Assembly: GCA_002269645.1 (NCBI GenBank)
Contig: NIVC01000150.1
Coordinates: forward strand, 682,001-746,000
Direction: 5' to 3'
Length of the DNA stretch: 64,000 nt
Source of the DNA: Macrostomum lignano
Lineage: Eukaryota
Position 1 is the first letter of the stretch, and each line of letters begins with the position of its first letter. Below, piece after piece: positions 44,483 to 57,699 of the stretch. Made by a program: the position numbers and the translations under genes. The notes under the pieces are model-generated. The model was not told where the DNA came from. It saw only the letters and a list, made by a program, of their open reading frames with translations, and did not search any database.

Positions 44483-46152
44483 CTGATTGCTTGCTGGAAA
44501 GCCCTCTGTGCAATTCGCAGCCACTGCCAACCGCCTCGACAGACGCTGCTGCCATCGTCGACTCTGCTGACGCTTTCCTCATCTTCCTCTTTAGCTGCGG
44601 AAGCCCGCACGGCCATCACCAGGTCGGACGTCTGTCCGAGGCAATCCCGAGCGTCCGGATCATTTAACGTGTCAGCTACGCAAGCAAAGAAGCCGGTGAT
44701 CACATCGGCAAGCCCGGGCTCAGTGGCAGCCGATGACAGTTCGCTGAAGGCTCTGCCAAATCTGGCGAATGTCTTCACAACGCGACACTCGAATTGCGAC
44801 TTAGATCGGCTGGTTTTGTACATAGCAACCACCAGGCGCTGGGAGACCAGCTCAACAAACGTTTCTAAGCAGGCCTCCTGGACTGTTAAGTCGCACCAAT
44901 CGTAGAAAATCTGCTCCAATCGAAGTGCAGGCGTCATCGTGCTCTGCTGCTTGCCTGCTGCTGGCGCAAAGCGACGCACCGTCGGCGGCTTCGCGAGTTG
45001 GCGGCCGCTCTCCGACCAGCGCTCGTCAATCAGCGACTCTGAGACGTCCGCGATGCTGTCGCCCTCCTCTTGCACTGGCTCGATACCGTTGTCATCACTG
45101 TCGTATTCGAAGTCGCAGCAGGTGCTGTTGTTGTTGGCGCAGCCCTGTGCAGAAAGGGCTGCGCTGCTGTACACCACTGTGCAGTTGTCACCGAGACAGT
45201 CGGCACAGGTTTGATCAACCAGAACCGCTGGCTCCAAGAGGCTGGTGACAAGCTGAGAAGCAGATTGACTCACCAAGCAGCTGCCGTTAACACTCTCTAG
45301 AACGACGGCCTCCACCAAATCGACGCGTATCTGATAAAGTACGCAGTGCAACATCTCAGACCTCATCTCACCAATGAGAGCCTCGAAGAACATCTCCTCG
45401 ATGACGAATTCGTAATTACTGCTGGTGATGACTTCCAGCTGCTGGACGGCGAGTTCCATGCCTAAAAAGTCTTCAAGGCTCTTGCGAGACGGCGCCACGG
45501 AGGCGTCGCCGCTCCACCCCTTGGGAATGTCTCTTTCGAGCTCCTTGAACAGCCGGCTAACCGTGGAGTTTGTCACCGAGAAGCTGCTGAAATTCGAATC
45601 GAACTGTTCAGGTGCGCCAGTCTTTGCCAGCAAGGCTCTCTGAAGGCAACTGGACGAAGCCTCTTCGACTTCGTTCGCACCATCGCGATGGTCAGAGGGT
45701 CGCGCATCTTGGTAGAAGTTCCGGTCAATGTTGTTGCAGTGGTAGCTGTAGTCGCAGCTACCGTTCGGGTGTACGCTCATGTTGATGGTACGGTAAAGAA
45801 TGAAACTGCAGCCGACACCCTTGAAGACGGCCTCGAGCATGTGCACACAGCCCTCGAAGTTGCCAAATCGGTCATCTAAATAGGCCTCGACCAGTTGGAA
45901 CTGCGGCACGCTGGTGAACTCGCCAGATAGCCGAAACAAGCAGTGACAGGTGATTTCGATCTTCAGGATTCGCTTGTCCTCCTTGGGATTGGTGAATAGC
46001 TCGCGGAGAGGCGACTGGATGAGGAATGAGAAATAGATGACCCGCTCTCTGCCTCCAGTTGGTTTAGAATCTTTGGTGACTGCTGCTTCAAGCACCTGAC
46101 AACCGGTTTTCTCCAACAAGCCGGGCGATTCTATGCTTTGTTTCTTGCTCAT
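44483..46152 (-). CDS. Orphan ~1166-aa protein, exon 1
   Basis: TTTTTAACAG acceptor ~35 nt upstream of the ATG at 46152 (MSKKQSIE..); 556 open codons; donor ATC AG|GTAAAT at 44483/44482. Confidence 0.75.
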
Positions 46153-47439
46153 TTTTGTCGGGTTTCTTGACAACGTAACAAAGATTTCTGTTAAAAACTA
46201 GAGTCTGTTATTCTTTCGGCCGTACACGCTTACATGCCTAGTGGGAAAAGAGTGTTCAAACTTTCATTCATATCTATGGTCTCTATAAGATTTTGCTATA
46301 GCTGTTTTACTTTGCTAATACTCGTACTCGTAAGATGAATTGAGGCAAAGGTTTTGAGCAGTGTTACAATAAAAATGTCAAATATTACTCGTATCTTCAA
46401 TAAACCAACCACATGAAGTGAGGGGTTCAATATAGTCGGTTTTGAGGGCTTAAATAGCTAATCATCGAGTCGGGTCGTGAAAATTCTCATGCTTCAATAC
46501 ACTGATGAGTTTCGGCCTTTCGGCCCCCTTGTGGGGAAGCCTTTGGGCCTCAGGTCTCAGAAATAAATCAATTAGAGTCCTGGCCAACCACTCCTGTCAG
46601 ATGGTCAGCCCCATGGTAGTTTGATCGTGTGGCGAGCAGTCTAGGTCCTATAGCTAAGAGAGGGACAGCGAGAGACAAGCAGGGAGAATTTCGAAGGTAG
46701 AGATCAGCTAATCCGCAGATTAACTAACCCGCTGCCACCAGCCCGTGTGTCCTGGCTCACCAAACCGGAACTTTCGAAATCGGGCTTCCGACTAGAGGGG
46801 ACTTAGCACTTACCTGCCAACTAGTGTCTTTTTGCTGTCAATCTCGAAGTCATAGCCGATGATAAGAGACACTGCTGGGACTTGATCGCATTGGCCATGC
46901 AGGTACAGAGGGGACTTGCGCAGGGGATTCTTGCAGTGGCGAGACTATGGGGTAGCTACATGTACTATTACATTGCTAAATACGAGGAATTGTACTTTTG
47001 GCCTTCAACGCGCCAACTAGCCTCTCATAGCGCTGATGATAGACTAACTCGAACATCGGAGACCGCATGATTCATCACCCGAGCCGCTTGGCGAACCTAG
47101 AGTGCACAGAGTACTGGTACATATCTAGCGCCGATTTTGCACTATTGGCAATTTTTCTCACTGGCTTGATAGATTGATCGACTGAGAACCGCCTTCCCAT
47201 TGGTCTACTGTGACCGGCGCCTACTAGCTTAGCCACTCATCTGAGCCATCGGCGAACAAGAAACAAAACCGATAAAAATAACTGTCAGATTTAACCTTCT
47301 CCTTGAATAACTTCACACCTCAGATTAAATTGGAGCTTCCGACTACTAGCAGTATTATTGAATGATTTCTGCCTCAGTAACAGCACTACTACTGTACAAA
47401 ACGAGCAAAAGTGTGCGCCTAATCCAGCTACTGAAACAG

Positions 47440-47925
47440 GGGACAGATAGGGAATCACCCAATCAAGCAAGTCTAGGTAGTCTCTCACCCAACCAATCAG
47501 AAACTCAACAGCCGGAGACCAGGTAATCCACAGTGACCGAATCGGCTTAGTGCTTCGCAGCTGTAGACCCGGGATGATGCTGTCACAATCTTCGCTGTTA
47601 GCTAGCAGGTGATGCTCTCAACTTTGATGTTCGCTGCTGACGACCGGGGGAATTCGTCCTTGATGATGATGGGGGGAGTCGCAATCCGGGGATCAAGAAA
47701 CGACGGTCGGGCCAGGGAGAGAGCAAGTTCCTGGCCGGTCTCCAGAAAGGGTTGCCAAGTTAGTCCGAGCGGGCCAGAAACACCGGTTTAAATAGCCGCC
47801 AACTGGACCGCAGTTTGTTATAATGGAACACGTCGATTCTGATTGGCTGAGCCGATTTGTTAAAATGAGCATCGAATTTTCTGATAGGCTGAGCTTGTTG
47901 CCACCTAAAGTCACGTGACCGGGAG
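47440..47925. promoter_or_regulatory. Candidate promoter elements between the divergent orphan and GSK-3 genes
   Basis: CCAAT motifs (CCAATCAA ~47459, CCAATCAG ~47492, GATTGG ~47841) and the palindromic E-box GTCACGTGAC (47910-47919) in a CpG-rich patch. Confidence 0.25.
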
Positions 47926-49687
47926 ATCCTATCAGTTCCCTCGGGGTCGTAAAAATATGACAGGTGCGGCCATAAATCAATCAAAATCGCAACAAAATGA
48001 TTTATGACCTTTCGCGTAGGAATGACAAAAATTAATGAAAAAATATACATTAGAAAGCTCTTATTAAGTAGAAAGTGAAGGTAATGAAGAGAAATCGCTA
48101 ATCGCTAATCCCAACGTACTTTTAGGGGTAAAACGCATAGCTGTCAAAGCTGTCACACGCTTCAGTGAACATGAACAATAGGCCCTGACCTCATAAATCT
48201 TGATGGCCTATCAAAATGATGAGAAAAAAGCTACCGCCTGCATCCTCTCAGACCATCTGGCGCCAGCCTGAGCATTGAGTGAGGCGCAGGTGGCTGTCAG
48301 ATTATAACTACAAGTATGGCAGATTAATATAGCTACAGAAGTCCTACTAGTATGAATTCAAGAAAAATTACAAAAGAAGGAGAAAAACGCCCATAGCCTG
48401 CTGTTAGTAGGCTATCAAGTTTGGAACCCATGTGCGAGCGTGAATTTTGAAAAAAAGTGCGTCCCCATCAACACCACTAAATAATGAGAAATCAACAAAT
48501 AGCCCGATGGCTGCCTTCAGACAAGAATATGCATGCGTCTTCTTTATGGTTTATGATGTGCCAGTTTCCATCGAACTGGGTGGAATTCTCGCTATACTTA
48601 ATGGAACCGGCTGGGCATCTATCACACGATATATCACTGCTCTGCGATGGTATCATTGTAGTAGTTTATTTGACAGCATCGATAAACACTTCTTCAAAAA
48701 ATTACTGGAACACTGGCCCAGAAAGACTGGAACTCGACAATCCACCTTCCCAGCTGCACAGAGGGGCCGAGGATGCAACAACACATCTTGAAAGTGCACT
48801 GGGTAGCTTAAGCAAGCGCTGCATTACTGTGGAGGCGATTTTGTAACTTTTTTAGGCTTGAAAATATACAAAACTATTTCCTGCTGTCAATAATTGTGCT
48901 TATGAACATATAGGTTTCATTCTTCGTTTTTAAACCCTTTCAACTTAGTTTCGATTAGTATACCGCATGGAGTTTCATAGTCTATTTAAATCACAGGTTC
49001 TATATCTAGATGAGTGCACACTCCATCCGCAGCGCGGAATCCCTGGTCAAGACCATTATAAGCTGAAGCTTCTTCTGCTCCCAAGCATTAACAATTAGCA
49101 TGAGCAGCAGCCTGTTGCCCTAACCTCGGGGTTTTCGAACTGAGACCTAGAGTATTTCATAGATTTTACAAGTCACAATTGAAGACTGATCCAAGTTAAA
49201 AATTACGTTATTGAGTGCTGGAGTGACACATCTAGGAAATGTATCCTGTGTTATAGTAAAAGAAATTAATGCGAAGCAGCGGCTGTTAAACCGCAATTAA
49301 AAAAGTGAATACTCGTATTTCATATTTGATACTATTCATTTCAATTTAAAAGCAAAAAGCAAACGATAACTACTATATTACGTTGAAAGCAAAGAGATAT
49401 TTAAACATTAAACTTTTGTAGATCCGTCTCCAGAGGTAAAAAATCCGGGTTTGTATTAGTTACGTTTAGTTATGTCGTTATAGATATTATTAACTTTCGC
49501 GCCAGTTTTAAACAGGTAAACTATTTTATATTTTTTATTTAGTGTCATGGTGACGTGCGTATTATCTAATGCCCTTGATTCTTATCTTGCCTGATTTGAC
49601 CCCGGATCCTGCAAATTGATTAAAAATCATCATTTGACGCATTCTTTTCTTTTGGTTGATGTCTTTCAACTGACTGCTGCATTTACA

Positions 49688-49700
49688 ATGAAACCAGCAG
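49688..49700 (+). CDS. gsk3: GSK-3, candidate exon 1 (MKPA)
   Basis: ACAATG AAA CCA GCA G|GTGAGC; the best phase-1 donor with an in-frame ATG that I found upstream of exon 2. Confidence 0.5.
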
Positions 49701-50796
49701 GTGAGCATTTTGGTTATAACTGTGCAGGTATTTTTTTAGTTTCATATAGTAATATATGCCAGAACAAGAATATTATCTTAGCTTAATATATGCCAATGTA
49801 TGTCATAACAAAAAAAATTATACCAAAAATGTCTCCTAAAATGTCATTCAGTTTTCATGAGTTGAGTTTCCTCAGAAAAGTTTTTGTACAAAAAGACTAT
49901 TTAAAATATTACAAATATTTTCATTTTAAACAAACTTTAATTATACCTATAAAAATAATGATGCAAATTTTGTTTCTGCAATAATTTTTTTACTGTTAAT
50001 TTTAAAGAAACAGAAAGTTCATGACAGACTTTCTAGTCTGAATTTTTCTTTTTTATGTAAAAACTAATTTTTATTACAATTTTCATGATGACATGAATTT
50101 TCATGAATTTATTCACCAAAATCTATACGCTAAAAATTAACATGAATTTATATGCCCAGATTTGTATGCCAAAAAGTTCATGAATTTGGATGCCAAAATT
50201 TGTATGTCAGTTTAAAAGGGGTCATTTGTAATAAAAATGCATAAAAATATCAATATTAATCATCCATAAAATATAAAAATGATTTTGACATAGTCAATAT
50301 TATTGCTATAATTGCCTTTTTTGTTGCTATTTTTGCTTATGGCATATAAGTGATAATATATTAATAGTTTTTACTTTTTAGAGTCTAATATAATATATGG
50401 CAAAATCCAAAAATCCGGGGCAAGTTTTTTTAAATTTCGTTTTTTTGGCGATTTGAAAGCTATAAAGCTATAAAGTAAATTCATTTTAGTTAAAAAAAAG
50501 TTGTAAACATCTATAAAAGCATAAATCAATAATGTATTATCTTATCTTTAATAAGACGATTTGTAAAAATGATAAATTAAATTATGACTAAAATAATTAC
50601 TAATAAAAATGATTTTAAAAAGCTCTAATAATGTATTTATTAACTTTAAGTATTCTTTACTATTAATTTGTATAATGTTACAACATATTTAACATTCTTT
50701 TGACAGTTTATTTGTTTATCATTTTTGTTACTGACAATGTGTATTTTGTAGAGTTCGTCTACAATAAATACTGCATTCAATGTAAGTTTCTTTTTA

Positions 50797-51212
50797 GGCA
50801 GTTGTTATTTGGCCGGTGACCACACAAATAGCGATGTGGTTATTTGTCCAGTTACTGGATAATGACAATGCTTTCCTATTCATCTGGTTAATACCGGACA
50901 AATAGGCATTTTGTTATTTGTCCAGTAAAATTGATATTGCTAAAATATCTATTTCATAGAAACTACAAGGGTAAATATTCCTAGACTTCAAAGACGTCTT
51001 ACTTGTATCTTGATTATTATGTTGTTATACTAGTGTGTGTCTTATACACCAAATTATGCCAAACTGAATACACTGCTTTGCTTATACTAGTATAGAAGAA
51101 AATTAATCAGTATACGAGAACGAGAAAAGGTCTTTAAAAAATCTAGAATATTCATCACAAAACAAATAGATACTTGTGTTAGCAAGTTGTCACTGGACAA
51201 ATAACAACTGCC
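50797..51212. mobile_element. 416-bp MITE (PIF/Harbinger-like) nested in the 2-kb element
   Basis: 24-bp TIRs GGCAGTTGTTATTTGGCCGGTGAC / GTCACTGGACAAATAACAACTGCC (22/24); flanks TTA / TTC. Confidence 0.65.
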
Positions 51213-51238
51213 TTCTTTTTAAGCATACAAATTTCCGT

Positions 51239-51720
51239 AAGGATGAGAAAATTGCATTTTACTCAGCTTCTACTGAAGCAACTTGAGAAATTCTTTTTTT
51301 CCTGAATACACGCCACGATTATACATATTAAAGTGTAATTTCATTCTTTGTTGATTAATATGTGTATAGTAAGCATCTGATTTGGAAGCCAGGTAACACA
51401 TTGGAATTCCCATAAGGATCGGAAAATTGCATTTTACTCGGCTTCTACTGAAGCAATTTGAGAAATTCTTTTTTCCTGCATACACACCACAATGATACAC
51501 ATTTAAGTGAAGTTTTATGATACTTGGTTGCTTAATAAGCTTACAGTAAGCATTTACTTTGGAAGCCGGGTAACATATTAGAATTCCCATAAGGATTGGA
51601 AAATCGCATTTTTCTCAGCATCTACAATACCTATCAAGAAAATTCTTTTTTTCCTGCATGTATGCTGCAATGATGCATATTTAACTGTAAGTTTAATGAT
51701 ATTTCATTGCTTACTTCATC
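51239..51720. repeat. ~175-bp tandem repeat (about 2.8 diverged copies) inside the TIR element
   Basis: TAAGGAT..GAAAAT(T/C)GCATTTT at 51239, 51413 and 51590. Confidence 0.85.
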
Positions 51721-53969
51721 TACAGGATGCATTTGAATTCCAGATTTATATTTTGTGGTCCGAAATTTTTGACTGAAATTTTTAAAGCTTGAATATGGGC
51801 CTATTTATGAAAGAATACCATACAAGTCAATACTTAAATCAAAGAGGACATCTTCAAGATTATTTTGCATCAAGAAATAAGTGGTATACTTACTTTGGGA
51901 GAAAAAGGTTTGCTGGCAAAGTTTGCCCTTTGAGTTAGTATCAAGTTTTTGAGAGTTTAGGTGGTTTTAGAAAAAGTTCAAAATCTTTTGAACTGCTTGT
52001 TCTTTAAAAAAAAAATAAAAAGTAAAACACAGAATTCTTTCTTCTTTGTAAACAAAAGCAAAAATTAGCCTTATTTGAGGCTGAAAAGTATTATAATTAA
52101 TTGTTTATTTGCAAAAAAAGTGGAAAAAAATCGCTAATGTGTCAACATGCACTATAAAAAATGCTTTTTTAGTGGTTTTACTCGTTTATTCAGCAATGCA
52201 GTGGCATAAAAATGAAAGTTTGTATCCTGAACTTTTTTTAAAGACTTACCTGTTCTCTAAAATGCTTTTTCCGATACATTACCTTCCATTCGAAGTCCGC
52301 AGATTTGTTTTACCACTTTATCCCACATTTTTGGATTTTGCCATATGCATTAGAAAATAATATACTTTTAATCTAGCATACATTGTATATCATCTATACT
52401 AGGACCTTGAAGGATAAGGGGATAGTCATCTAAAAGGTTATAGCCTATACCATGCTAAATTTAATTATTACCCCTTTGCATTACCATAGAGGGATTGGCA
52501 TACATTGGTATATAGTTTGGTATGATCAATGTGGCTAGTGTTCAGATTAGTATTGTAGATAGGATTGAAAATGATATATACTCTGGTATAATTGTATAGT
52601 TAAATTCTAATTTTTTGTCTACTAAATGTTTTTTTATAATATTAAAAACACTTTTTGATAGAATTTTATTCATTTTGTTTATCTTTATCTTTTGCAACTT
52701 TTGGCATATACTGGCATATAGTTATCTTAACTATAATAGTTAACTTTTGACTTAACTATTATTAGCCATTATTTTAGCCTTTGCATTGAAACTAACAAAA
52801 AAACAATATAGATATTTTATTGAATGAATTAGTTTTATTTCTTTATAATTATATAAAGGAAGTTATAATTACTCTTATGCACACAAATTTTTGTTTATGG
52901 TTTTTTTGTCTACAAAAAGGCCAATAGCTAAATTACATTTGGGAGGGGAATTCCATTGTTTGATAGCATTCAGTGTTTTGGTTCATTCTGATGTTTTTTC
53001 TCTTGAAAAAATTAAGATTTATCAATTTTCAAAATTAAAATGTGTAAACTACTATGCTTCTATATTTATACAAGGGATACAAATTATTCAAACTTCTTCA
53101 TTTCAAAAATGCAAAAAAGTAGTTTAAATGGTATACATTTGAATTTTGAATCTTACAGTAATACATAATCTAGAAAAGGTCTTGAAAGTTAAATGTATAA
53201 TTTATCTCCCAAGAAACCTTGTGAGATATTTAAAGTGTCTTTGTTATACATATAACCCTATAGAATAACATATTAATAGTTATTATTAGCACCCTGCATG
53301 AGGGCATTCAAATTCTGAATTCAAACAGAGTGCTCATTGAAGATATCATTTTTTTTAATTTAACCTACTTCCAATTATTAACAGTTATTTAATTATGATT
53401 AATAAAAATCTAACTTAAAAGAAATTGGTCAAATGGTTCTCAAAAAATCAATTACAGATGGATAAACAGTATAAAACAGTTATTAATTGTATGTTTTAAT
53501 ATGCTAACAATTTTTTTATATTTGTCTTGACCGTATCCCAATTAAAAATGATAAAAAATGATATCAATCAAATATTCTATTTATCAGAAAAAAGAATGAA
53601 AACTTCTAAAATAGATTTTAAATCTGTTTCATTATGACATGAATTGATCTTATATACTACCAGAAAATTTATTGGATATGTCTTACTTTTCTTGTTTTTA
53701 ATTTTATTCATCATATTGAATATGAACTATTTCAAATTAAACTACTCAACTACTTAGATAATTGTCTATAAAGTCTGTTATTCTACTAAATTATAAAAAG
53801 AAAACAATGGGAAGAAGTTAAAGAACTATGATAATCAATTATGAGTTCATGACACCTGCTATGATGTGTATAAGCTTTATATCATATCATATATTATTAA
53901 TATTAGCCATGTAAAACTGGTAAAAACATGGATATGCTAGCTCTTACTTTTCTGTCCATCAACCCGCAG

Positions 53970-54244
53970 GCACAGCAAAGGACTCCAAGGTGAACACGGT
54001 GATCGCCACGCCCGGTCAAGGTGACCGAGCCCAGGAGATCTCGTTCACCGATATGAAAATCATTGGTAACGGCAGTTTCGGTGTCGTCTACCAAGCCAAA
54101 CTGGTCGAACCGAAGGAGGTGGTGGCCATCAAGAAGGTCTTGCAAGACAAGCGATTCAAGAATCGCGAACTGCAGATCATGCGATCGATTGAGCATCAAA
54201 ACATTGTCACGCTGAAGTACTTCTTCTATTCCAGCGGCGAGAAG
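53970..54244 (+). CDS. gsk3: Glycogen synthase kinase-3, exon 2
   Basis: CCCGCAG|..[55 protein letters not shown]|GTGAGT. Confidence 0.97.
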
Positions 54245-54329
54245 GTGAGTTTTGCATTCATTCCGACAGTTGGTTGTAGTCTTTGTTTTCAGTACGGGAT
54301 GTCTGTTTTGAATCTGCAGTCTTTGTTCC

Positions 54330-54750
54330 CTAGGACAGCAATGCCTGTCTTTGTCTAGCAGTCTTTGTTTTGTTGAACAGCAGTCCCTATCTTTATCTAG
54401 CAGTCTTTAGTCTGTAGAACAGCAATCCCTGTCTTTGTCTAGCAGTCTTTGTTCTGTAGAACAGCAATGCCTGTCTTTGTCTAGCAGTCTTCGTTCTGTA
54501 GAACAGAAATCCCTGTCTTTGTCTAGCAGTCTTTGTTCTGTAGAACAGCAATGCCTGTCTTTGTCTAGCAGTCTTTGTTCTGTAGAACAGCAATGCCTGT
54601 CTTTGTCTAGCAGTCTTTGTTCTGTAGAACAGCAATGCCTGTTTTTGTCTAGAAGTCTTTGTTCTGTAGAACAGCCATCCCTGTCTTTGTCTAGCAGTCT
54701 TTGTTTTCTAGAAGAACAAAGTCTGTCTTAAATCTAGAAGTCTTTGTTTT
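54330..54750. repeat. 42-bp minisatellite (TCTAGCAGTCTTTGTTCTGTAGAACAGCAATGCCTGTCTTTG)
   Basis: About 8-9 copies; internal hairpin TGTTCT-GT-AGAACA. Confidence 0.93.
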
Positions 54751-55324
54751 CTATAAGTTGTTTCTCCTGCTGTCTTGAAGTTTTCTAGCATTCCATCTAT
54801 TGCAATTGTAGTTGACTTCCGCTGTTTTCAATAAAGTTAAAAATAAACTGCGCCAGAGATTTGCGCACAGGAAACCCCCGTGTTATATCTAGTTTTCCAT
54901 TAGAGTATTAGAATAAAATTTTCAAACTTATCAAGTATGAGCAACTCAACTGGCATTGGCCCCTCGTTTCCTTCCCTCTTTTAATATATTCTGCCCAAAT
55001 TTCTGTCTAAGGCCTATCTACAGTTGCATCTAATTTAGACCCAGCAAGCATTCATTTACTGTATAGCAAAGTGTGTCAAAGGTCGCTGTCTCATTTCGCT
55101 TACTACATTAAGCTATCAATCTTATTACCAAATTACCCAAATTGAAGTACCCTTGGAGTAAAGATGCACTTCTAAAGATTACTCTCAGATCTATTAGTCA
55201 GATTCGAATTGGTTATCAAATTTTTTCAAATACCATCGTTGCTTTCTAATTTATTGGCATCGAATAAATCCACTTTATTAGGTGAATTCATAAAACCTAA
55301 ATTTCATCATGTCGCCTAAAAGTT

Positions 55325-55905
55325 TAGTGAAGTTTACGTTTTGTGAAGGTTAGGTCTTGTGAAGTTTACGTTTTGTGAAGTTTAGGTCTTGTGAAGTTTA
55401 GGTCTTGTGAAGTTTAGGTCTTGTAAAGTTTAGGTCTTGTGAAGTTTAGGTCTTGTGAAGTTTAGGTCTTGTAAAGTTTAGGTCTTGTAAAGTTTAGGTC
55501 TTGTGAAGTTTAGGTCTTGTGAAGTTTAGGTCTTGTGAAGTTTAGGTTTTGTGAAGTTTAGGTCTTGTGAAGTTTAGGTCTTGTGAAGTTTAGGTCTTGT
55601 GAAGTTTATGTCTTGTGAAGTTTAGGTCTTGTGAAGTTTACGTTTTGTGAAGTTTAGGTCTTGTGAAGTTTACGTTTTGTGAAGTTTAGGTCTTGTGAAG
55701 TTTACGTTTTGTGAAGGTTAGGTCTTGTGAAGTTTACGTTTTGTGAAGTTTAGGTCTTGTGAAGTTTAGGTCTTGTGAAGTTTATGTCTTGTGAAGTTTA
55801 GGTCTTGTGAAGTTTAGGTCTTGTGAAGTTTAGGTTTTGTGAAGTTTAGGTCTTGTGAAGTTTAGGTCTTGTGAAGTTTAGGTCTTTTTTAGGTTTATTT
55901 CTTGT
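55325..55905. repeat. 16-bp minisatellite (GTGAAGTTTAGGTCTT)
   Basis: About 35 copies. Confidence 0.95.
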
Positions 55906-56139
55906 GAAGTTTAGGTCCTTGACGTTTAGGTCTCATAAAGTTGAGGTCTTATAAAAGTGCATGCTTAAATGTCTACCTTGGGCGATTTTTCACTCCAGTA
56001 ATGAACAGTTCGTCTGTTTGTGACGACTCAACTTCAGCGGACAGTTTGTCTGAGTTAGCGGGAGGCTTAAAGCTCTAAATTACGAGTTGTATTTCGTATT
56101 GCAGCAATAAATTCGCACCCTTCCACATCCGTATCGCAG

Positions 56140-56488
56140 AAGGATGAAGTGTACCTGAACCTGGTGCTGGAGTTCATCCCGGAGACCGTGTACCGGGTGT
56201 GCCGGCACTACAGCAAGCAGATGCAGACCATACCTGTGCTGTTCATCAAGCTCTACATGTACCAAATGTTCCGCTCGCTCAGTTATATACACAGCAAAGG
56301 CATTTGCCACCGCGACATCAAGCCGCAGAATCTGCTGCTGGACCCTGAGTCTGGTGTGCTCAAGCTCTGCGACTTCGGCAGCGCCAAGCACCTGCAGCGG
56401 GGCGAGCCGAATGTGTCCTACATCTGCAGCCGCTACTACCGGGCCCCCGAGCTCATCTTCGGGGCCACCAACTACACCTGCCAGATTG
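56140..56488 (+). CDS. gsk3: GSK-3, exon 3
   Basis: [58 protein letters not shown]; phase 0 to 1. Confidence 0.97.
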
Positions 56489-56518
56489 GTGAGTCTTCAG
56501 TTTGCTGAAGCTGATTGG

Positions 56519-57580
56519 TGAGCCTCCCGGATCCTCCGTTGCTGGGCCAGCCTCCCAGATCCTCAGTTGCTGGGCCAGCCTCCCAGATCCTCCGTTGCTG
56601 GGCCAGCCTCCCAGAGTGTCAGTTGCTGGCCCAGCCTCCCAGATCCTCCGTTGCTGGGCCAGCCTTCCAGATCCTCAGTTGCTGGACCAGCCTCCCAGAT
56701 CCTCAGTTGCTGGGCTAGCCTCCCAGAGTGTCAGTTGCTGGGCCAGCCTCCCAGATCCTCAGTTTGCTGGACCAGCCTCCCAGATCCTCAGTTGCTGGGC
56801 CAGCCTCCCAGATCCTCCGCTGCTGGGCCAGTCTCCCAGATCCTCAGTTGCTGGGCCAGCCTCCCAGATCCTCCGTTGCTGGGCCAGCCTCCCAGATCCT
56901 CAGTTGCTGGGCCAGCCTCCCAAATCCTCCGTTGCTGGGCCAGCCTCCCAGATCCTCCGTTGCTGGGCCAGCCTCCCAGATCCTCAGTTGCTGGGCTAGC
57001 CTCCCAGAGTGTCAGTTGCTGGCCCAGCCTCCCAGATCCTCCGTTGCTGGGCCAGCCTTCCAGATCCTCAGTTGCTGGACCAGCCTCCCAGATCCTCAGT
57101 TGCTGGGCTAGCCTCCCAGAGTGTCAGTTGCTGGGCCAGCCTCCCAGATCCTCAGTTTGCTGGACCAGCCTCCCAGATCCTCAGTTGCTGGGCCAGCCTC
57201 CCAGATCCTCCGCTGCTGGGCCAGTCTCCCAGATCCTCAGTTGCTGGGCCAGCCTCCCAGATCCTCCGTTGCTGGGCCAGCCTCCCAGATCCTCAGTTGC
57301 TGGGCCAGCCTCCCAGATCCTCAGTTGCTGGGCTAGCCTCCCAGAGTGTCAGTTGCTGGCCCAGCCTCCCAGATCCTCCGTTGCTGGACCAGCCTTCCAG
57401 ATCCTCAGTTGCTGGACCAGCCTCCCAGATCCTCAGTTGCTGGGCCAGCCTCCCAGATCCTCAGTTTGCTGGACCAGCCTCCCAGATCCTCAGTTGCTGG
57501 GCCAGCCTCCCAGATCCTCAGTTGCTGGGCCAGCCTCCCAGATCCTCGTTGCTGTGCCGCCAATACCAGCCTTCCAGTTG
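56519..57580. repeat. 28-bp hairpin minisatellite, locus 2 (GSK-3 intron 3)
   Basis: Same consensus as 29137-30048; internal 393-bp duplication (56728 vs 57121). Confidence 0.97.
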
Positions 57581-57699
57581 CTCAGATTCGGGTTGTCCCT
57601 TTCAAACTACCCTAATCGAATCTCACAAGTTCTCAGCGCTCACCGTTAGTTACACACTGAACTGAACTAAGCCTGCCGCTGCCGCCCCAACCCACTCAG

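Larger units (their letters stand above)
50384..52354. mobile_element. ~2-kb non-autonomous TIR element in GSK-3 intron 1
   Basis: TCTAAT..ATATGGCAAAATCCAAAAAT (50384-50414) / ATTTTTGGATTTTGCCATAT..ATTAGA (52327-52354). Confidence 0.6.

Noticed and set aside
46400-48850. LTR retrotransposon or other TE in the intergenic region
   Set aside because: No paired LTRs, convincing PBS/PPT or recognisable gag/pol translation found by eye; left unassigned.
55325-55905. Interstitial telomeric repeat
   Set aside because: TTTAGG is only part of a 16-bp unit; there are no tandem TTAGGG or TTAGG runs.
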